Shown: positions 7,811-12,145 of the stretch, one piece after another
Position numbering within the stretch: the first letter of the stretch is position 1
Layout of the letters: each line of letters begins with the position of its first letter
DNA from: Zestosphaera tikiterensis
Lineage (GTDB): Archaea; Thermoproteota; Thermoprotei_A; Sulfolobales; NBVN01
Assembly: GCA_003056265.1 (NCBI GenBank)
Contig: NBVN01000010.1
Coordinates: 1 to 12,145 of the forward strand
Direction: 5' to 3'
DNA: 12,145 bases
Translations under genes and position numbers: made by a program
The notes under the pieces: generated by a model
Seen by the model: only the letters and a program-made list of their open reading frames with translations
Databases searched by the model: none
What the model was told of the DNA's origin: nothing

Positions 7811-8716
7811 ATGAACTTAAGTCCGGTTATAGCCCTCCTAGATTCGGCTTTAAGACTCGGTACACCGATTGCTTTAACTGCTATAGGAGAATTAATAGCT
7901 GAGAAATCAGGTGTTGTAAACATAGGTATAGAAGGCATAATGGTTATAGGGGCTTTTGCCTCCGTAGTAGCTACTTACGCTACTGGGGATCCCATTATAG
8001 GCGTTTTAGTGGGGGTAGCTATTGGAGCGCTCCTAGGCTTCCTTCACGGCACCTTAAGTACGTACCTCTACGCTGACCAGATAATCGTCGGTATGGGCAT
8101 TATCTTCTTTGGGTATGGAATTACGGCAGTAGGTAATGCGATAATATGGGGTCAGCCTGGATTTTCGGTCGGTGTATCGACAATCTCACATCTAGTAGTG
8201 CGTGTAGGTGAGGCATCTGTAAGCATTAGCCCGATATTCTTTCTAACTATAGTATTAGCTATATTAACGTACTTCGTACTCAAGTATACGTGGGTTGGGT
8301 TAAGGTTGAGGAGTGTTGGTGAGGATCCTGAAGTAGCCGATGTCCTAGGTATTAACGTATTTAGGCTAAGGCTATACGCGACTGTAGTTGGTGGGGCTTT
8401 AACGGGGCTCGCTGGTGCGTATTTAGGTGTTGATTGGGGAGGGAGGTTCGTGAGCTACATGAGTGCTGGTAGAGGCTTCATAGCCCTTGCAGCAATAATA
8501 GTTGGGGGGTGGGAGCCGTTAATAACGCTACTTGCTAGTTACTTATTCGGGTTCTTCGACGCCCTACAACTTACCCTAGCACAGCTCTACGGTAAGCAAG
8601 TACCGCCTCAGCTATTTCAGATGATACCTTACATAGCTACGGTAGTGGTATTTGCTCTGTTCTTTAGGAAGGCCAGACCACCGGCAGCTATAGCTAGGCC
8701 GTATAGGAGGGAGTAA
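7811..8716 (+). CDS. ABC transporter permease (BPD_transp_2 / NupQ-like), subunit 2
   Basis: Polytopic hydrophobic protein of about 301 aa. ATG 7811 is preferred because AGGAGGT (7794-7800) lies 10 nt upstream. The track ORF starts at GTG 7802, which overlaps the upstream TAG by 1 nt. Confidence 0.9.
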   Translation: MNLSPVIALLDSALRLGTPIALTAIGELIAEKSGVVNIGIEGIMVIGAFASVVATYATGDPIIGVLVGVAIGALLGFLHGTLSTYLYADQIIVGMGIIFFGYGITAVGNAIIWGQPGFSVGVSTISHLVVRVGEASVSISPIFFLTIVLAILTYFVLKYTWVGLRLRSVGEDPEVADVLGINVFRLRLYATVVGGALTGLAGAYLGVDWGGRFVSYMSAGRGFIALAAIIVGGWEPLITLLASYLFGFFDALQLTLAQLYGKQVPPQLFQMIPYIATVVVFALFFRKARPPAAIARPYRRE

Positions 8717-8718
8717 GG

Positions 8719-9483
8719 ATGTCGTGGATAGCCCCACACTTACTGATAAAACCTGGTGATGTAGCTAAGTACGTCTTACTTCCAGGAGATCCTGCTAGAG
8801 CTAAGAGGATAGCCGAGTTCCTAGATGGAGCGATGCTTAAGTCCGTAAACAGAGAGTTTGTGGTCTATACCGGAAGATATAAAGGTGTTGAGGTATCGGT
8901 TACGTCGACAGGTATTGGAGGACCGTCAACCGCTATAGCAGTTGAGGAGCTGGCTAGGTGTGGAGCTAAGTACTTTATAAGGGTAGGTACATGCGGTGCG
9001 TTAAGGAAGGGCATAGCCGTAGGAGACATAATAGTCCCATATGGAGCGGTAAGACTTGATGGTGTTACGAAAAGGTATGTAAGTCCTGAATATCCGGCAG
9101 TCGCGCATCCAGTAATATTTAACGCTTTAACTAAGATAGCGAGAGAACTAAATATTAATGTAATCACGGGTATTGTCGTTTCCGACGATATGTTCTACGT
9201 AAGCTTAAACGAGCTTAAATACTGGTCCTCACTAAACGCAGTAGCTATCGAGATGGAAGCTTCAACGATTATGGTGCTAGCATCGCTTAAGGGATTATAC
9301 GGTGGTGCTATACTAGTAGTTGACGGGAACATAATTGAAGGAACTGGAAAAGCTGATGTAGGTGCTTCAGGTAAGTCGGAGGTGTCGCAGGTAGTTAAGG
9401 AAGCTATAGATAAGGAAATAAGAATAGCTCTCGAAGCCGTTAAGTACATAGCTGAGAAGGGTTGTGAGGAAGTTGAATGCTAA
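8719..9483 (+). CDS. Nucleoside phosphorylase, PNP/UDP family 1 (hexameric DeoD / archaeal MTAP-PNP-like)
   Basis: The 254-aa ORF carries LPGDPARA, the phosphate-binding STGIGGPS, RVGTCGA, SDDMFY and IEMEAS (the EME motif). The Udp-type FYPGQER uracil-binding motif, as I recall it from E. coli Udp, is absent. This favours a purine/MTA-type enzyme but does not settle it. GGAGGGAG lies 5 nt upstream of the ATG, which is 2 nt after the permease stop. Confidence 0.92.
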   Translation: MSWIAPHLLIKPGDVAKYVLLPGDPARAKRIAEFLDGAMLKSVNREFVVYTGRYKGVEVSVTSTGIGGPSTAIAVEELARCGAKYFIRVGTCGALRKGIAVGDIIVPYGAVRLDGVTKRYVSPEYPAVAHPVIFNALTKIARELNINVITGIVVSDDMFYVSLNELKYWSSLNAVAIEMEASTIMVLASLKGLYGGAILVVDGNIIEGTGKADVGASGKSEVSQVVKEAIDKEIRIALEAVKYIAEKGCEEVEC

Positions 9484-10068
9484 CCGAAACCAAAGCATAC
9501 TCAATTATTATATATATCTAAATCGTCAATAACTACTAGATTGTTTAATCATTAACTATACCTAGCAGTTCTTAAGTAGTGATGTTTGTCAATCAACTTG
9601 TCATAATCTCCGGGTTTAAAGTTGTTAATCATCACCAACGCAGGCTTTAGATCTATGTAGGCTTCTCCCACATTAGGTAGTCTAAGGATATCTTACCTTG
9701 CTTAACGTATTAAGGCATTAAATACTCAACCCTATGGCATAGGAATCTAAAAATTAATCATCGGGGTGTCGACCAATGCCAAAAGCATGCTTGGGTTTGT
9801 AAGTTATGTTATCCTTGAATGCGATGATGAAGATGTGTCGATGGATTTTAGGGAGTATAAAAGGCTTAGAAGGATTTGAAAATACCTTTCAGAACTTGAG
9901 AAAGTATAAATTTACACTTAAGAGCAATCAACAGAGCACTCTATTCAATCCTAAAGATTCAAGCTCTAGACAGGTAATTAAACCCATATCTGTGGCTATG
10001 AAGCCATTACCTTGGAAAGCAGATTCTAACTACTGCCTAAAACTACGTTTCAATTCTATTTTATAGAT

Positions 10069-10671
10069 TCACGCTGCGTAGTTGCCGCGGAGGAAAGCGC
10101 AGTAATTGATGGGGTGCTTAAGCCCTACCCACAGCGGCGATACGTTTATATGGTTTTCATCAAATCCTTCCTCCATAAGCGCTTTTTTAGCGGCTATGTA
10201 AAGTAGGCCTCTTGACGTGACTTCGTTGTAGTCGTGTTCGCTTCGGTAGGTTTTCTTCGGTTCCGCCTTAACCACTACGTCAACGCTTTCCCGTATTTTA
10301 ATGAGTCCATAGTCTAGATCCGCAAGATATGTCTTAACGAGTTCCTCAACATCCGCTCTAATGTCGTGAACGGCTAGATATATGTGGGTGAAGGCATGCT
10401 CGTAGATCTCCCTTATCTGATCGACATAGCGGAATAGCTCAGTCCCGCTTCCCACCTTCGTCTTCACCTCCACCCCAAGCGGCACAACGTACAAGCCTTT
10501 ATACAGGCCGTATAACACGGCGTCCGCACGTCCGTGGGGAAATGGAACTTGACTCAACGCAAGAAAGTCGTCTTTATCTAAGTCATGCTCATCAATAACT
10601 TTAAGGGCGTTAGCGCATAACTTATCTACAAGCTCCCCCTCTTTCTGCTGATTACGTACGTTTGCCTGCAA
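10069..10671 (-). CDS. Hypothetical protein with a PD-(D/E)xK (restriction-endonuclease-fold) nuclease-like motif
   Basis: The 200-aa ORF starts with TTG, and there is no in-frame ATG or GTG near the 5' end. The motif GRADAVLYGLYKGLYVVPLGVEVKTK has Asp50 (10522-10524) and Glu68-x-Lys70 (10462-10470). It is preceded by an acidic helix (EGELVDKL) and followed by a helix with Gln/Tyr (VDQIREIY). The order of elements fits the alpha-beta-beta-beta-alpha-beta core. The gene has its own TATA box and a G-rich SD-like element. No specific family recognised. Confidence 0.7.
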   Translation of the reverse strand: MQANVRNQQKEGELVDKLCANALKVIDEHDLDKDDFLALSQVPFPHGRADAVLYGLYKGLYVVPLGVEVKTKVGSGTELFRYVDQIREIYEHAFTHIYLAVHDIRADVEELVKTYLADLDYGLIKIRESVDVVVKAEPKKTYRSEHDYNEVTSRGLLYIAAKKALMEEGFDENHINVSPLWVGLKHPINYCAFLRGNYAA

Positions 10672-10706
10672 AACAGGGTACCCCCCTAAAATAGCAGCAT
10701 AAACGA

Positions 10707-10714
10707 TTTTATAT
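10707..10714 (-). promoter_or_regulatory. TATA-like box (ATATAAAA on the minus strand) for the 200-aa nuclease-like gene
   Basis: Centred about 39 nt upstream of TTG 10671. GGGGGGT (reverse complement of 10680-10686) lies 8 nt upstream of the start as a possible SD motif. Confidence 0.35.
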
Positions 10715-10943
10715 GCACCTCGTATAACTACAACGATTAAATTACTTTAAATAAGCAAGGCTAAGAACGCTTAAATGTCAAGCAACGTGAAACTTCAAAG
10801 TTGCGGCTGTTTTAATTCCTTAGCGACTTAGCGTTTAGTATTTGGTGGTTGGTTTAGGTAGATTGTGGGAAGGTTCTCTAAGCTATCAGCGTAGTAAAGC
10901 AAGTTTTTAAAGCTGAAAACTATGGTTTGTAGGTGTGGTTTCT

Positions 10944-11108
10944 ATGGCTAGGGTGGCTAGGGGTTGTCCCCTACCGCCGGAAAAACAACGGGAAGTTCGT
11001 AGATGTCGTTATTGCGTACGAGAAGGTATAGCTGAAAAAGTTGATTGTCGATGGTTTAAATCATGGAAGAAAGTCTTTACAAACATGGATTATAGTTTTA
11101 TAGGATAG
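10944..11108 (+). CDS. Candidate small basic Cys-containing protein (54 aa), unverified
   Basis: Below the length cutoff of the supplied track. ATG 10944 to TAG 11106-11108 translates to MARVARGCPLPPEKQREVRRCRYCVREGIAEKVDCRWFKSWKKVFTNMDYSFIG (Cys8, Cys21-x2-Cys24, Cys35; many Arg/Lys). AGGTG (10931-10935) lies 8 nt upstream of the ATG, and TTTTTAAA (10904-10911) lies about 36 nt upstream. It is divergent from the nuclease-like gene. Confidence 0.3.
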   Translation: MARVARGCPLPPEKQREVRRCRYCVREGIAEKVDCRWFKSWKKVFTNMDYSFIG

Positions 11109-11281
11109 GATTGAGTGTTTTGAGATACTTTAGGTTTTGCTAATGTGGATAAACATGTTAAGATTAAGATGCTGTAGTCGCAGGCGAGAGTTATAAAGAA
11201 ACGTGTTAGGTTCTATGCTAGGGTATCGCTACGGAAATTATTAGATACTATGACTTCTTTTCACGTTAATTGGCAGAGGGG

Positions 11282-11331
11282 TTTCTTTTCGTTTTTCTTT
11301 ATCTACTATTCTGTGGGTGGGATGTTTTTTT
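11282..11331 (+). terminator. Plus-strand oligo-T cluster (TTTCTTTTCGTTTTTCTTT ... TTTTTTT), a possible terminator for plus-strand transcription from the 10944-11250 region
   Basis: T5 at 11292-11296 and T7 at 11325-11331 were read directly. The tracts abut the 3' end of the convergent nitroreductase gene. On the minus strand this region is A-rich, so it is not a terminator for that gene. Confidence 0.25.
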
Positions 11332-11992
11332 ATATGTATTTGACTATCTGTTCTAATGTTTTTCTTGGTTTTGGTTTTGGTTTGTCTGTTGGGTATCCTA
11401 GTGCTAGGATTCCAGCTAGTTCCAGTCCTTCGGGGGGTTCTAGTACTTTATTGAATTCTTCCTTCATGAATAGCGGTACTCCAAGCCATACTGAACCTAT
11501 TCCTAGGGACCAAGCCGTTAGTATCATGTTTTGGAATGCTGTCGCTATTGTTTGGTGTAGGAATATTCTTTCCTCGTCTACGTATTCCTCCCTATGCCTG
11601 GGTTCCCGCATGTCTATATATCCTGCGATGTAAGCTGGCGCGTAGTACATCCCCGCCTCCATACTTTGAACCCACTTCCTAACGCTTCTCTCGGGGTAGG
11701 GCTCCTTAAGTACTTTCGTAGCGTAGATTACGTGACCTTCCTTAAGCAACTCATGAATCTTCCTACGCTTCCCCTCCGACATAACCACAACGAAAAACCA
11801 CTTCTCCACACCCCCAGCTATAGGTGCCCTAACCCCAGCCTCCAAAACCTCATTAACTACATCAACAGGTAAGGGATCAGGCCTAAATACACGAACCGAA
11901 GCCCTCGAAAATATCACCTCCTTAACATCCAACCGATACAAACACCCCCAACGACACATAACGCAATCCAAGAAATTAAATCCGTGAGACAC
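11330..11992 (-). CDS. Nitroreductase-family (FMN-dependent) oxidoreductase
   Basis: The 220-aa ORF carries family hallmarks: VIFSRASVRVFRPDPLPVDVVNEVLEAGVRAPIAGGVEKWFFVVV near the N-terminus, and AFQNMILTAWSLGIGSVWLG...GILALGYPTDKPKPKPRKTLEQIV at the C-terminus. The start is uncertain: GTG 11992 (AGGAG 11 nt upstream) or ATG 11959. Confidence 0.88.
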   Translation of the reverse strand: MSHGFNFLDCVMCRWGCLYRLDVKEVIFSRASVRVFRPDPLPVDVVNEVLEAGVRAPIAGGVEKWFFVVVMSEGKRRKIHELLKEGHVIYATKVLKEPYPERSVRKWVQSMEAGMYYAPAYIAGYIDMREPRHREEYVDEERIFLHQTIATAFQNMILTAWSLGIGSVWLGVPLFMKEEFNKVLEPPEGLELAGILALGYPTDKPKPKPRKTLEQIVKYI

Positions 11993-12145
11993 CCCAACCA
12001 GAGCTCCTAAGAAGCTCCTTAAGCTTTATGGAGGAGAAAGCTATGGCTAGGGTCTCAAGCTTTATTAAAACATTAAATATCTTAGGCTTGTTTTAGAGAA
12101 AAATTACTTTCGTTTTATGAAGTACCCTAAAGCTATACCTACAAC

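Noticed and set aside
1854-9449. Track ORFs antisense to the strong genes: 1854-2102(-), 1906-2115(-), 2775-3035(-), 4858-5325(-), 5571-5969(-), 7137-7436(-), 8865-9167(-), 9195-9449(-).
   Set aside because: Each lies entirely or mostly inside a confidently identified plus-strand gene. Their compositions are biased (Ser/Leu/Thr/Pro-rich) as expected for shadow frames, and they have no motifs or translation signals.
9806-10066. Track ORF of 86 aa on the plus strand.
   Set aside because: It has no family motif, no SD or TATA in a sensible position, a composition unlike the neighbouring genes, and it sits in a region that looks like decayed sequence. It is kept only as part of the decayed-region finding.
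11250-11872. Plus-strand ORFs 11250-11633 and 11594-11872.
   Set aside because: They are shadow frames of the nitroreductase gene on the minus strand, low-complexity (F/S/L-rich) with no recognisable domain.
10942-12053. Exact 13-mer CTATGGCTAGGGT at 10942-10954 and 12041-12053, each giving ATG-GCT-AGG-GT (M-A-R-V) after a purine-rich stretch. A gapped, degenerate copy lies at 11213-11224.
   Set aside because: The expected number of chance identical 13-mers within 12,145 nt is about 1 (N^2/2 divided by 4^13). Similarity stops immediately outside the 13 nt. The second copy opens only a 17-codon ORF, so this is most likely coincidence.
1-12145. Scan for tRNA (GTTCRAATC-type T-loops with flanking stems), rRNA and CRISPR repeat-spacer periodicity.
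   Set aside because: The few TTCGAAT/TTCAAAT occurrences (for example near 5215, and 9875 on the minus strand) lack complementary T-stems. I saw no regularly spaced direct repeats of 24-40 nt anywhere.

Overview
This 12.1-kb window looks archaeal, probably from a hyperthermophilic crenarchaeote (Thermoproteota). That taxon call is inference only, from AGG/AGA/ATA-rich codon usage, frequent GTG/TTG starts, A/T-rich TATA-like boxes about 25-40 nt upstream of starts, and GGTGA/GGAGG Shine-Dalgarno (SD) motifs at operon-internal starts. The core (3911-9483, + strand) is a tightly coupled five-gene nucleoside uptake and phosphorolysis operon. It encodes a BMP-family substrate-binding protein, a fused two-domain ABC ATPase, two permeases and a PNP/UDP-family nucleoside phosphorylase. 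An amidohydrolase of the nucleobase/nucleoside-deaminase superfamily (1912-3270) lies upstream, separated from the operon by a 640-bp spacer with no sizeable ORF. The flanks are gene-poor and look decayed. The left flank has an IS5/DUF772-like transposase remnant with two in-frame TGA stops (689-1177). The right flank (9484-11329) has ORF fragments, one orphan 200-aa protein with a PD-(D/E)xK nuclease-like motif (10069-10671, -) and a divergent 54-aa basic Cys-containing ORF. A nitroreductase-family gene (11330-11992, -) closes the window. I found no tRNA, rRNA, CRISPR array or convincing C/D-box sRNA. I see no demonstrable novel multi-gene system. The best candidates for a second look are the orphan nuclease-like gene with its small neighbour, and the long non-coding leader of the transporter operon. 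All family calls come from motif recognition by eye; no database search was run.
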